Assembly: GCA_044351695.1 (NCBI GenBank)
Contig: JBILFF010000003.1
Coordinates: 1 to 40,663, forward strand
Length of the DNA stretch: 40,663 nucleotides
Source of the DNA: Bdellovibrionota bacterium
Lineage (GTDB): Bacteria > Bdellovibrionota > UBA2394
Reading direction: 5' to 3'
Below, one piece after another: positions 9,045 to 18,281 of the stretch. Numbering within the stretch: the first letter of the stretch is position 1; each line of letters opens with the position of its first letter. A program made the position numbers and the translations under genes. The notes under the pieces were generated by a model. That model was not told the origin of the DNA and searched no databases. It saw only the letters and a program-made list of their open reading frames with translations.

Positions 9045-9419
9045 ATGTTGCGTTTACGAAAGTGGTCTCGATTCAAGATAGGTTCAGAAAAAACAATTAA
9101 GGCCCGAATTCTGGAGGGGCTTGATCGGTCCAGCGCTCTTAACAGTATCGGCTTAGGTGGCTGTAGCTTTATGACGGGCTGGAGGGACGCACATCTTCTT
9201 CAGCGTCCCCAGGTGCGGATTGAACTTCGTATTGGTAATGAGAGCCTGCTGGTGGATGGCATCGTTCATTATTGTCGATTTCTGCCGGATAGAAGCGGAA
9301 ACATCGTGGGAATTGAGTTTAAGTGGTCCGATGAGGAGCTTCGAAAGAGCTTTGGTAACCTGATTGGAAAAGCAGTTATCGAAGGGAATCTTGAGCATAT
9401 GCAATCGGTTGAAGTATAA
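9045..9419 (+). CDS. PilZ-domain protein
   Basis: RKWSR (RxxxR), [16 protein letters not shown]...VGIEF; GGAGG SD upstream of ATG 9045. Confidence 0.75.
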   Translation: MLRLRKWSRFKIGSEKTIKARILEGLDRSSALNSIGLGGCSFMTGWRDAHLLQRPQVRIELRIGNESLLVDGIVHYCRFLPDRSGNIVGIEFKWSDEELRKSFGNLIGKAVIEGNLEHMQSVEV

Positions 9420-9427
9420 GCGAAGGC

Positions 9428-12400
9428 GTGTCACACGCTATTCGTTCTGAACAAAGTCTACAGCCCGCTTACCCCATACGATTTGTAACGGCTGCCTCTC
9501 TTTTTGATGGGCATGATGCGGCGATCAACATTATTCGTCGAATACTTCAGGATCAGGGATGCGAGGTGATCCACCTGGGTCATAATCGCAGTGTCTCCGA
9601 GATCGTGCGGGCCATTATCCAAGAAGATGCCGATGGAGTCGCGATTAGTTCTTATCAGGGTGGTCACAACGAATTCTTTAAGTATTTGATCGACTCACTT
9701 AAAGCTGAGGGCTTCGGGCATGTGCGCGTTTTTGGTGGCGGAGGAGGAGTTATTCTTCCTCGCGAGAAAAAAGATCTCGAAGCCTATGGTGTAGATAAAA
9801 TTTTTCTTCCCGAAGACGGAATGAAGTACGGGTTAGAGGGCATGATTCGGCTCATGATCGAGTCCTGCGTTAAGGTTCGCGAGTCACGACCAGCTCCCGT
9901 TTTAAATTTTGATCACCCCAAGCTTTGGGGGCAGACGCTGACGCAACTTGAGCGAAGCACTTCTCTCCCCAATCTTCCCAAATCCAAAAAACAACCGGTA
10001 GTCGTGGGTGTGACGGGCACGGGAGGCGCGGGCAAGAGCTCTTTGGTCGACGAGCTGATTCTTCGTTTTTTGTATGAGCATCCTGGCCTTAAAATGGCGA
10101 TCTATTCAGTCGATCCTACCAAAAAGCGAACGGGTGGTGCGCTTTTGGGGGATCGTATTCGAATGAATGCGATTGAAGACGACCGTGTTTTTATGCGCTC
10201 GCTTGCCACGCGGGGCAGTGGCTCTGAAATTGCGGACTCTGTGCAAAGAATCGTACAGGCCTCCAGAGCTAGTGATTTTGATGTCATTATTGTTGAGACG
10301 TCAGGAATTGGACAAAGTGGAAGTGCGATCACCCAATTTGCAGATCTCAGTCTATACGTGATGACCTCTGACTACGGAGCTGCCACTCAGCTCGAGAAAA
10401 TCGATATGATCGATTTTGCGGACCTGATCGCAGTCAATAAGTTTGAGCGACGCGGTTCAGAAGATGCGCTTCAAGCCGTTCGAAAGCAATATCAGCGAAG
10501 CCGAAAGCTTTTTAATCTTCAAGACCTCTCGGAGCTTCCGATTGTTGGAACTCGATGCAATATCTTTAACGATCCTGGAGTAACGAAGCTCTACCATTTG
10601 CTAAAAACAAAGTTACGTGAAAAGAATTCACAACTCCCAGAGGCCAATAAAAATTTCGACACTTCTGGTAAGATTCAGTCCGTCATTATTCCGCCGGATC
10701 GAGTATTTTATCTTGGGGAGATCGCGAAGGTTTGCAAAGATTATCGTCGTCTAGCTCATCAAGAGATAGCTCAGGCAAGAAAGGCCTATGTTCTTAAAGA
10801 GGCCGCTCAGTGGCTGCCCGATGCAAAGACCCAAGCTCAAGCCGAGTGGGAGGCTCTCTCGTCTGGGTCGAAGGAAGTGCTTGAGCGATGGAGCCAGCTT
10901 GCGAGCGAGTATCAAAATGAGAAAGTTCGTTATCGAGTGCGCGACAAAGAAATTTTAGCGCCACAAATTTTTAAAAGTCTCTCCGGCTCCTTGCTTAAGC
11001 GAGTGGCGGCACCCAAGCTTGAGTCCTGGGATTTGATTCTTAAGTTTAGTTATTTCGAAAATCTACCAGGCTATTTTCCTTTCACAGCAGGAATTTATCC
11101 TTTCAAAAGGCAGGGCGAGGAACCTCGGCGCCAGTTTGCAGGCGAAGGTCCTCCGGCGCGCACCAACGCACGTTTTCACTATTTGTGTCGACACGATCAG
11201 GCTAAACGACTTTCGACCGCTTTTGATTCGGTGACTCTCTACGGAGAAGATCCTGCACTGCGCCCCGATATTTATGGCAAAGTGGGCGAGAGTGGAGTGA
11301 GCATCGCTACTCTGGAAGACATGGAGGTTCTGTATAAGGACTTCGATCTTTGCGACCCTAATACTTCGGTATCAATGACGATCAATGGGCCTGCCCCGAT
11401 CTTGCTGGCGATGTTTATGAATACTGCTATCAATCAGCAGCTTCAAAGATTTAAAGAAAAGAATCGTCGCGAGCCCCATGCGGAAGAGCGTCTTGAGATT
11501 GAAAAACAAACCTTGGCGAATGTTCGAGGCACGGTACAGGCGGATATCTTAAAAGAGGATCAGGCTCAAAATACCTGCATTTTTTCCACTGAATTTGCAC
11601 TTAAAATGATGGGTGATATTCAAGAGTACTTCATTCAAAACAAAGTAAGAAATTACTACTCCGTGAGCATCTCCGGGTATCATATTGCAGAAGCTGGAGC
11701 GAATCCCGTCACGCAGCTCGCTTTCACTTTGGCCAATGGTTTTACGCTCGTAGAGTACTATCTTTCGCGCGGGATGAAGATCGATGAATTTGCACCTAAT
11801 CTTTCATTCTTTTTTAGCAATGGTCTAGATCCTGAGTACTCAGTTTTGGGTCGAGTGGCGCGCCGTATTTGGTCCGTGGTGATGAGAGACCGGTATGGAG
11901 CTAATGAACGATCTCAAAAGCTTAAATATCACATTCAAACCTCGGGCCGCAGTCTTCATGCGCAAGAAATCGAATTCAATGATATTCGTACGACGCTTCA
12001 GGCGCTCACTGCGATTTACGATAACTGTAACTCCCTTCATACCAACGCCTACGACGAGGCTATCACTACACCAACAGAAGAAAGTGTGCGCCGTGCGATG
12101 GCGATTCAAATGATTATTGAGCGCGAGTATGGTTCGGCAAAAACAGAAAACTTTTTGCAAGGTTCTTATGCCATGGAAGAGCTCACAGATCTGGTCGAGG
12201 AGGCTGTGCTTGCTGAGTTTGAGCGTATTTCTTCTCGCGGCGGTGTTTTGGGAGCCATGGAGATGCAGTATCAGAGGGCCAAGATTCAAGAAGAGAGTCT
12301 GCACTACGAGCATCTCAAGCATAGCGGGGAGCTGCCCATCGTGGGGGTGAACACTTTTCAGTCGGAGCAATCGCAGTCGATTGAAAATATCGAGATTTCG

Positions 12401-12622
12401 CGTTCGAATCCTGAAGAGAAGAATCAGCGCCTTGAAGATCTTAAGAAGTTTTGGGCCAAACATGCTCAAGAGTCGTCTCATGCGCTGCAGTCGCTAAAGG
12501 CAACGGCGATCTCGGGCGGCAATATTTTTGAAGAACTCATGAAGGCTGTGCGCTCTTGTTCGCTCGGACAAATTTCGCAAGCGCTTTACGAGGTCGGTGG
12601 TAAGTACCGCCGCAATATGTGA
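9428..12622 (+). CDS. icmF: Fused isobutyryl-CoA mutase / G-protein chaperone IcmF
   Basis: N-terminal B12-binding domain (FDGHDAAIN), MeaB-like GTPase ([17 protein letters not shown]), mutase barrel ([35 protein letters not shown]). Confidence 0.96.
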   Translation: MSHAIRSEQSLQPAYPIRFVTAASLFDGHDAAINIIRRILQDQGCEVIHLGHNRSVSEIVRAIIQEDADGVAISSYQGGHNEFFKYLIDSLKAEGFGHVRVFGGGGGVILPREKKDLEAYGVDKIFLPEDGMKYGLEGMIRLMIESCVKVRESRPAPVLNFDHPKLWGQTLTQLERSTSLPNLPKSKKQPVVVGVTGTGGAGKSSLVDELILRFLYEHPGLKMAIYSVDPTKKRTGGALLGDRIRMNAIEDDRVFMRSLATRGSGSEIADSVQRIVQASRASDFDVIIVETSGIGQSGSAITQFADLSLYVMTSDYGAATQLEKIDMIDFADLIAVNKFERRGSEDALQAVRKQYQRSRKLFNLQDLSELPIVGTRCNIFNDPGVTKLYHLLKTKLREKNSQLPEANKNFDTSGKIQSVIIPPDRVFYLGEIAKVCKDYRRLAHQEIAQARKAYVLKEAAQWLPDAKTQAQAEWEALSSGSKEVLERWSQLASEYQNEKVRYRVRDKEILAPQIFKSLSGSLLKRVAAPKLESWDLILKFSYFENLPGYFPFTAGIYPFKRQGEEPRRQFAGEGPPARTNARFHYLCRHDQAKRLSTAFDSVTLYGEDPALRPDIYGKVGESGVSIATLEDMEVLYKDFDLCDPNTSVSMTINGPAPILLAMFMNTAINQQLQRFKEKNRREPHAEERLEIEKQTLANVRGTVQADILKEDQAQNTCIFSTEFALKMMGDIQEYFIQNKVRNYYSVSISGYHIAEAGANPVTQLAFTLANGFTLVEYYLSRGMKIDEFAPNLSFFFSNGLDPEYSVLGRVARRIWSVVMRDRYGANERSQKLKYHIQTSGRSLHAQEIEFNDIRTTLQALTAIYDNCNSLHTNAYDEAITTPTEESVRRAMAIQMIIEREYGSAKTENFLQGSYAMEELTDLVEEAVLAEFERISSRGGVLGAMEMQYQRAKIQEESLHYEHLKHSGELPIVGVNTFQSEQSQSIENIEISRSNPEEKNQRLEDLKKFWAKHAQESSHALQSLKATAISGGNIFEELMKAVRSCSLGQISQALYEVGGKYRRNM

Positions 12623-12629
12623 GGGCTTT

Positions 12630-13460
12630 TTGAACCTAAGTCTTGGTCAACGGCAAATGTTGGCCTCCATTTTGGCTTTCACGCTCATGAACATCTTTGC
12701 CAAGATGATTCCCCATTTGCATTTTCTGCAGTTGGTGTTGGTTCGAGCAGCGATAGGTCTTGTTTTGTGTAGTTTCTTTTTGCACCAAAGAGAAATTTCA
12801 ATGTGGCCCAGAAACAAAACGCTGCTCTGGCTGCGTGGGATTTTTGGAACACTCTCGCTTTGTTGTTTTTTCTATGCGCTTCAGAATTTGCCCCTGGCAA
12901 CGACGATTGTTCTTCAAAATTTGGCCCCCATTTTTGGTTTGATGTTAGCGGGGTTTATCTCGCAAGAGTCGGTAGCTCCCCGGCAGTGGATCTTTTTTTT
13001 GATTTCTTTTTTGGGGGTAATCATGGTTCGTGGTTTTGATTCGGCTGCGAACAATGTGGCGCTCGCAGCGGCTGTGGCGTCTGCTTTTTTTTCGGCGCTT
13101 GCGCATCAAATGATTCGAAGAACCAAAAAGCAAGAAGACCCCTTCCTCATTCTTTTTTATTTTTCAGTGGTGTCGTTTTTCTTTGTTCTTCCGTTTGGGT
13201 GGTCAGAGTGGGTGTCACCGTCCGCCACGGACTGGTTTTATTTAGTGGGAATTGGTTTAAGCACTTTTGTGGGGCAGGTATTTTTAACTCGCTCGTTGCA
13301 AAACGGACTCGTTCAGGAAGTGAGTCAGTTTGGTTTCCTTCAAGTTATTTTAGCCGCGGGAATCGGTACGGTTTTATTTGAAGAGAGCTTGGGTCTCACT
13401 GCGCTTTTAGGAATTGGAGTAATTTTGCTAGGAGTTTCTTTGTCAGCCAAAAAAGTTTAG
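12630..13460 (+). CDS. DMT/EamA-family transporter
   Basis: About ten hydrophobic segments; LWLRGIFG...YALQNLPLA...APIF; start uncertain (TTG 12630 or ATG 12657). Confidence 0.88.
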   Translation: MNLSLGQRQMLASILAFTLMNIFAKMIPHLHFLQLVLVRAAIGLVLCSFFLHQREISMWPRNKTLLWLRGIFGTLSLCCFFYALQNLPLATTIVLQNLAPIFGLMLAGFISQESVAPRQWIFFLISFLGVIMVRGFDSAANNVALAAAVASAFFSALAHQMIRRTKKQEDPFLILFYFSVVSFFFVLPFGWSEWVSPSATDWFYLVGIGLSTFVGQVFLTRSLQNGLVQEVSQFGFLQVILAAGIGTVLFEESLGLTALLGIGVILLGVSLSAKKV

Positions 13461-13470
13461 AGGCGTTCTT

Positions 13471-14163
13471 CTAACGCCATCGCGTCTCTGTCAAATCATC
13501 CAAAAATAAAACTCGATCTACACGTTTAAAAAACTCAGAGTGGCCCGAGCGAAACTTAAAAAAGCAAAAGATAAATCGAATGAACCTAATGAGTTCGATC
13601 GGGTTCAAAAGCCTCTCAGGCCGAATCCTAAAGCCATCAAAAAAGTTCAGCTCGTGAGTTTGGGAATCAATCACTGTTCGAAGAACTAAAACTTGAGCGA
13701 CGAGACTAGGGTCCAAGTTCTCTAAAAAAAATTCCAGTTCACAATCTATAATATCAGCGGCATCGGCATGATGGCGATTTAACTTTTCTGTAGAGGACCA
13801 AATGGGCACAGAATTGCTGGTAAGCACGGCCTGCGGAAAACTGCTCAGCTCCTTTGGTACATTTAAAGTCCAGGATTTCCTTGCGTGTTTTACTTCTCGA
13901 ACCACAAAACTATCACCTGTTTGGATTCCCGGACGCAGGCCGCCCGCGCTTCCGGCAATCACGATCCAGCCTTTTGGTCGGGTGAGATTAAGGCGACGAG
14001 CTAGTTCCTGAGCCGCCCTTGCACCCATGCCAAAGCTTACAAACTTATGATCAAAGTTTTTAGGAAACTCCCATTTGCTGGGTGAGTAAAAATGAACCAC
14101 GATTTGGTTTATCAGAACCAACGCCCAATGAAAGCCAAAAGCCAGGCCCCTACAAGGAGCCAT
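13471..14163 (-). CDS. Nucleoside phosphorylase/nucleosidase-fold protein (HpnG/MTAN-like)
   Basis: GMGARAA, IAGSAGGLRPGIQTGD, IIDCE (compare VDME), LRTVID; start uncertain. Confidence 0.7.
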   Translation of the reverse strand: MAPCRGLAFGFHWALVLINQIVVHFYSPSKWEFPKNFDHKFVSFGMGARAAQELARRLNLTRPKGWIVIAGSAGGLRPGIQTGDSFVVREVKHARKSWTLNVPKELSSFPQAVLTSNSVPIWSSTEKLNRHHADAADIIDCELEFFLENLDPSLVAQVLVLRTVIDSQTHELNFFDGFRIRPERLLNPIELIRFIRFIFCFFKFRSGHSEFFKRVDRVLFLDDLTETRWR

Positions 14164-14528
14164 CGGCGACGAGGATCAAAAACATAGACTCGAGCGATAG
14201 GCAGTCGCATGAGATCGAATACTCTAATAAAAAAAAGCGGAGCCAACGCGCCCAAACCAAACCAGAGAACTGGAAGCGGATAAAAGAGGGCTCCAAACAG
14301 GGCTGCCGAACAAAATAAGATTAAGCTAGCCCTCTCTTTGGTGAGCTCGCGAAAATCGATGGAGTCTTTAAAAGTCGGAGCGCATAAAGCAGCGGCCGCA
14401 AAAAAACTAATCCACAGACCCGCTAGGGCCGTGGCCGACCCATGAAAAAAGATAATGGGTATCAGAAGGATCGCAGTTCTTACCCAGCCCCAAAGAATCA
14501 GCGAGATAGCAGAAAATAAAAAAATCAC
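14112..14528 (-). CDS. Small polytopic membrane protein of unknown function
   Basis: 138 aa, strongly hydrophobic; overlaps the start of the phosphorylase-like gene. Confidence 0.6.
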   Translation of the reverse strand: MIFLFSAISLILWGWVRTAILLIPIIFFHGSATALAGLWISFFAAAALCAPTFKDSIDFRELTKERASLILFCSAALFGALFYPLPVLWFGLGALAPLFFIRVFDLMRLPIARVYVFDPRRRWLLVGAWLLAFIGRWF

Positions 14529-14617
14529 TGACTTAAATCCCTCTTCGCTCGAATTGTTCCTTTGGCTCTCTCGCTCTCACTTGCTCGTGCCAGATCACCT
14601 ATGGCATACACCAAGGG

Positions 14618-15814
14618 ATGAGCTTGGACGATCGTGATGTTGAAGTAAAAGGCAATGATCTTTTAAACGTTCGCATTGATTTTGTATGCGGTGGAGGCAT
14701 TGCCGTCATCGAGAGTCCCAAGCAGATTCGAGAGCTGCGCCGTTATGGTGCGATCGTCCGGCCCGTGTTAACAGAGATGGCACAAACTTTCGTGAGTCCT
14801 TTGGTTTTTGAGTGGGCTGCAAAGCAGCAGCCCAAGACTGAGCTTACGGGTAGTGCAGAGCATTTGAGTTCTGCCGAAGCTCTGATCATCTCACCGGCTA
14901 CACTCGATCTTCTTGCCAAAAGCTCTCTTGGAATTGCTGATAGTTTAGCAACGACACTGATTCAAAGTGTTTTGGGTCGAAAGCCCATCATCTTTGTGCC
15001 CTCGATGCACCAGAGTTTGCGTGAGAGTCCCTCATATCAAGAGCATCGAAAGAAATTAGAAAAGCTACCGCATGTATTTTTTGTGGATGGACCACTCGTT
15101 GAGGGAAAGCAAAAGGCGCCGTCCTTCGAAGATCTCGCGCAGCAGGCTTGTCATTTGGTGAATGCTTTTCGCCTAAAGTCAGCAAAGAAAAAGAAAAACA
15201 GCGCTCTAGTGACTTTGGGCGCGACGATGTCGGCCGTCGACGATGTTCGCTTTCTGGGCAATCAGTCGTCGGGGCGAACGGGACTTCAGATCGCCCTTGC
15301 TCTTTATCGTGCAGGATGTGAAGTCGAGTTGATTGCAGGACTTCATCAGGTGCAGATCCCTTCATACTTACAGCAATACTCGGCCATTACTCATTCAGAG
15401 ATGTCAAAAACGGTGGAGAGGTTCAAATCGAATGCCCCTGATCTTTTTGTTCACTCGGCGGCCATTTTGGATTTTGAAGTGAAGGCTCCCAAGAAAATGA
15501 AAGTCACGTCCGATCAAGCGATGTATCTTGAGTTAAAGCCCACGTCAAAGATACTCGACAGAGTAAAGTGGCCACGCACAAAAGTGATTGCCTTTAAATT
15601 AGAGTCCCGACTCACCGCAAGCGAGCTCCAAAAAGAAGTTCGCGATTGGTTAAGGGGCAAGAAAATTGATTTCGTCGTCGCGAATCGCTTAGAGGACGTC
15701 AGCGCGCATTCCTACCGCGCCCAGATCTTTAGCGGCAAAGCAGAGAAGATCGCTGAAGTGCATTCCCGAAGAGAACTTGCGGATTGGTTTTGTGCCTCTC
15801 TCGTAGATTCTTAA
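14618..15814 (+). CDS. coaBC: Bifunctional phosphopantothenoylcysteine decarboxylase/ligase
   Basis: Flavoprotein domain (GGIAV, PATLDLLAKSSLGIAD) plus CoaB domain (DDVRFLGNQSSGRTG, HSAAILDF, AFKLE, VVANRL). Confidence 0.93.
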   Translation: MSLDDRDVEVKGNDLLNVRIDFVCGGGIAVIESPKQIRELRRYGAIVRPVLTEMAQTFVSPLVFEWAAKQQPKTELTGSAEHLSSAEALIISPATLDLLAKSSLGIADSLATTLIQSVLGRKPIIFVPSMHQSLRESPSYQEHRKKLEKLPHVFFVDGPLVEGKQKAPSFEDLAQQACHLVNAFRLKSAKKKKNSALVTLGATMSAVDDVRFLGNQSSGRTGLQIALALYRAGCEVELIAGLHQVQIPSYLQQYSAITHSEMSKTVERFKSNAPDLFVHSAAILDFEVKAPKKMKVTSDQAMYLELKPTSKILDRVKWPRTKVIAFKLESRLTASELQKEVRDWLRGKKIDFVVANRLEDVSAHSYRAQIFSGKAEKIAEVHSRRELADWFCASLVDS

Positions 15815-16680
15815 AATTTCACGCTTAGTTTAAGACCAAAACCATCTTTGTCTTTGCCGTAAAGTGATCGAGTGTAGAACCCAGCGAGAGAGCTTTTGGG
15901 AGCCTCAAGGGCTGCGCCAGCTGACCAAAGTCTTCGCTCCTTCTCGTGGTTCCAGTGAAAGCCCCCCCGAACGGCGAAAAATTTCTTCATGATCAGATCA
16001 AGTCCTGCTGAGTAGTTAAAGTCTTGGTCTGGGATCCCAAAGCGACGATCAGCTTGGAATTGAAAGGTGAGCGAGTTCTCGAGGCGATAAACAAATCCCG
16101 TGGCAAACTCGGGCGGCAAGAGGTGGTCTGGTGCTCGATCTAATAGGTGTCGGCCCAAAACGCTTATTCCAAAATTGGGGCCGAGGGGAATGTAAGCACC
16201 CAGACTCTGTGAAACGTGCCAACCTTTTCCGCGGGCAACATCATCAAAATTGTAAACATGAACTGAGGTTCCTAGGCTACCGTAGCTCGTCGGGTAGGCG
16301 AGTCCCAAATGATAAGTGTGGCGTGTTGGACGCCCCTCATCGACCCAATCAAAACGAAAACCACCCACTACCGCCTTTCGCCCATCGGCCAGACCCACAG
16401 ACCAACGGTCGATATCTTTAGGAAGTCTCAACCAATCACCGCCGGCACTGCTTGCTCCCTTGATACGAAAGAGAAGGGCGGGATTTGCGGTCAGCGCATC
16501 CAGCTCATCAGACCAGGCCACCGCAGCCCCGCCACGCATCCAGGCTTGGGGTGCCCACCAGCTCTGCCCGCTCATGCTTTGGGCATGTAGGCTTAGTGCA
16601 ACGAATGGAGTCCCTAGTAGGCCCAGGAAGCTTAAACAGCGTCCTAATAAGCCCAAAGCACGAAAGCGTATAAAAAACAT
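15811..16680 (-). CDS. Outer-membrane beta-barrel, FadL/PorV-like
   Basis: Signal peptide; GGAAVAWSDELDALTANPALL resembles the FadL/PorV N-terminal motif; amphipathic strands; C-terminal Phe (LSVKF). Confidence 0.7.
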   Translation of the reverse strand: MFFIRFRALGLLGRCLSFLGLLGTPFVALSLHAQSMSGQSWWAPQAWMRGGAAVAWSDELDALTANPALLFRIKGASSAGGDWLRLPKDIDRWSVGLADGRKAVVGGFRFDWVDEGRPTRHTYHLGLAYPTSYGSLGTSVHVYNFDDVARGKGWHVSQSLGAYIPLGPNFGISVLGRHLLDRAPDHLLPPEFATGFVYRLENSLTFQFQADRRFGIPDQDFNYSAGLDLIMKKFFAVRGGFHWNHEKERRLWSAGAALEAPKSSLAGFYTRSLYGKDKDGFGLKLSVKF

Positions 16681-16814
16681 CGAGCCTCCCTCTTACTTAT
16701 TGTTAACTGACTTTCGTCGGAAGCAAGTGAATTCCTTGTTCGCCTGGTTTTTTTGTTTGATTTTGCTTTCACAAATCATCTATCAGGACTCCAGTTTTAA
16801 GCGAGGAGTGCGGA

Positions 16815-17225
16815 ATGCCAGGATTAACGAAAGCAAAAATTAAGCACTATCAAAAAGTCCTTAAGGATCGTTTGGCAGAGCTTTTGGCTGATGCCGATCA
16901 AGCATCTAAAGATATCTCTGAAGCGAGCCGGGACCGCTTTGCCGACCCTACCGATCAAGCAGCTGTTGAGCTGGATCGCAGCCGGTTGTTACGTTTTCGG
17001 GACCGCGAGAGAAAGTTAATCCGCAAAATTGAGCTAGCACTTTTAAGAATTGAAGAGGGTTCTTACGGAAGCTGCGAGGGCTGTGGTGCGGACATCGAAG
17101 CGCAGCGCTTAGAGGCCCGACCCATGACCGAGCTTTGCATTGATTGTGCTACTGAAGCTGAAGGCGAAAAGAAGCGTCGTCAAATGGAAGGCGGACAGAG
17201 TCCGACTCCCTCTCCATTTGCTTAA
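16815..17225 (+). CDS. dksA: DksA/TraR C4 zinc-finger RNA polymerase-binding factor
   Basis: DPTDQA (DxxDxA), CEGC...RLEARP...CIDC; GAGGAG SD. Confidence 0.92.
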   Translation: MPGLTKAKIKHYQKVLKDRLAELLADADQASKDISEASRDRFADPTDQAAVELDRSRLLRFRDRERKLIRKIELALLRIEEGSYGSCEGCGADIEAQRLEARPMTELCIDCATEAEGEKKRRQMEGGQSPTPSPFA

Positions 17226-17731
17226 AGGCTTGGCTGGTTAACACTTCCAGATCGGTTTTGCAAAAAGCTCTGCAAACGTTCCTCGATTTTGTTATCCAGC
17301 TTTGTTTTGTAAGACTCACCCAACTCACCAATCTGCCGAAACAGGCTGGTGGCTTCGGTCTCACTGAGCTCGCCTTTTTTCTGAAGCTTCTCCACATGGA
17401 GTCGAAGGTCTTCTTGCACTCTTAAGTGGGCGTCGAAGGCTCCAAAAATATACTTCTGCATGAATTCAAAAAGGTTGTTACTGCCCGATTTGACAATGTG
17501 CTTCAAAATCGAAACCGGGAGCACGCTTTGATGATTCTTCTCTTGCTCGTAGAGCACTTGAGTCAGAATCAAAGCGGTCACGTCCTCTTTTGAGTTGTTG
17601 TCGATGACAACGATTTCTTCGCCATCCCGAATCATTTTTGCGATTCCATCCAAAGTGACATAGCAGCTGTCCTGCGTGTCATAGAGCTTTCGGTTCTGGT
17701 ACTTTTTGATGATTCGAATGCTTTCGGACAT
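17222..17731 (-). CDS. PhaR-like regulator (PHA-synthesis regulator DNA-binding domain)
   Basis: IIKKYQNRKLYDT...YVTL...EDVTALILTQV. Confidence 0.88.
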   Translation of the reverse strand: MSESIRIIKKYQNRKLYDTQDSCYVTLDGIAKMIRDGEEIVVIDNNSKEDVTALILTQVLYEQEKNHQSVLPVSILKHIVKSGSNNLFEFMQKYIFGAFDAHLRVQEDLRLHVEKLQKKGELSETEATSLFRQIGELGESYKTKLDNKIEERLQSFLQNRSGSVNQPSL

Positions 17732-17866
17732 TTTACTCCCCTCAATTTGGATCGAGATGTTTACCTAATCGGTGCGCACCTTAACCCTCCAGTAATATTA
17801 CAAAGTTTTGGACCATCCATGGTCAACCACTTTTTATGTTACGCATCATTTAAGTAGCCCTTTTGA

Positions 17867-17896
17867 TTGACCCTAAATTCATCGATTCGTTATTCT
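17867..17896 (+). promoter_or_regulatory. Putative sigma70 promoter of the nuo operon
   Basis: TTGACC-N18-TATTCT, ending 6 nt before GTG 17903. Confidence 0.5.
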
Positions 17897-17902
17897 CGGC
17901 CC

Positions 17903-18277
17903 GTGCTTCTCTCTGATTATTGGGGCGTTATCATTTTAGGAGTTCTTGGGGTTTTAACGGGTGCTGGCGCCGTTTTGGCGAGTCAGATCGTGGGGACGCG
18001 CAAATTTCATCCGGCGAAGGCTAGTCCCTACGAGTGTGGAATTCCCACTGTCGGGGCCGATAACCAGCGTTTTTCGGTTAAATTCTACATGGTTGCGGTG
18101 TCTTTTATCCTTTTCGATATTGAAACCGTCTTTTTGGTGCCTTGGGCTCAAACGTTTCGTGGTTTTGTAGCGATGGGTGAGGGAGCCTATATCTTTACAG
18201 TTGGCGCTGTCTTTTTGGTCGTCTTAACCTTGGGCCTGCTCTACGAGTGGCGCAAGGGCTTATTGGATTGGAATTGA
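17903..18277 (+). CDS. nuoA: NADH-quinone oxidoreductase subunit A
   Basis: KASPYECG, FSVKFY, FDIE, YEWRKGLLDW. Confidence 0.95.
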   Translation: MLLSDYWGVIILGVLGVLTGAGAVLASQIVGTRKFHPAKASPYECGIPTVGADNQRFSVKFYMVAVSFILFDIETVFLVPWAQTFRGFVAMGEGAYIFTVGAVFLVVLTLGLLYEWRKGLLDWN

Positions 18278-18281
18278 TTGG

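Noticed and set aside
11840-12481. 213-aa antisense ORF inside icmF
   Set aside because: Shadow frame of a highly conserved gene with no motifs of its own
16131-16843. Several plus-strand ORFs of 62-175 aa
   Set aside because: They overlap the better-supported beta-barrel gene and have low-complexity, non-protein-like composition
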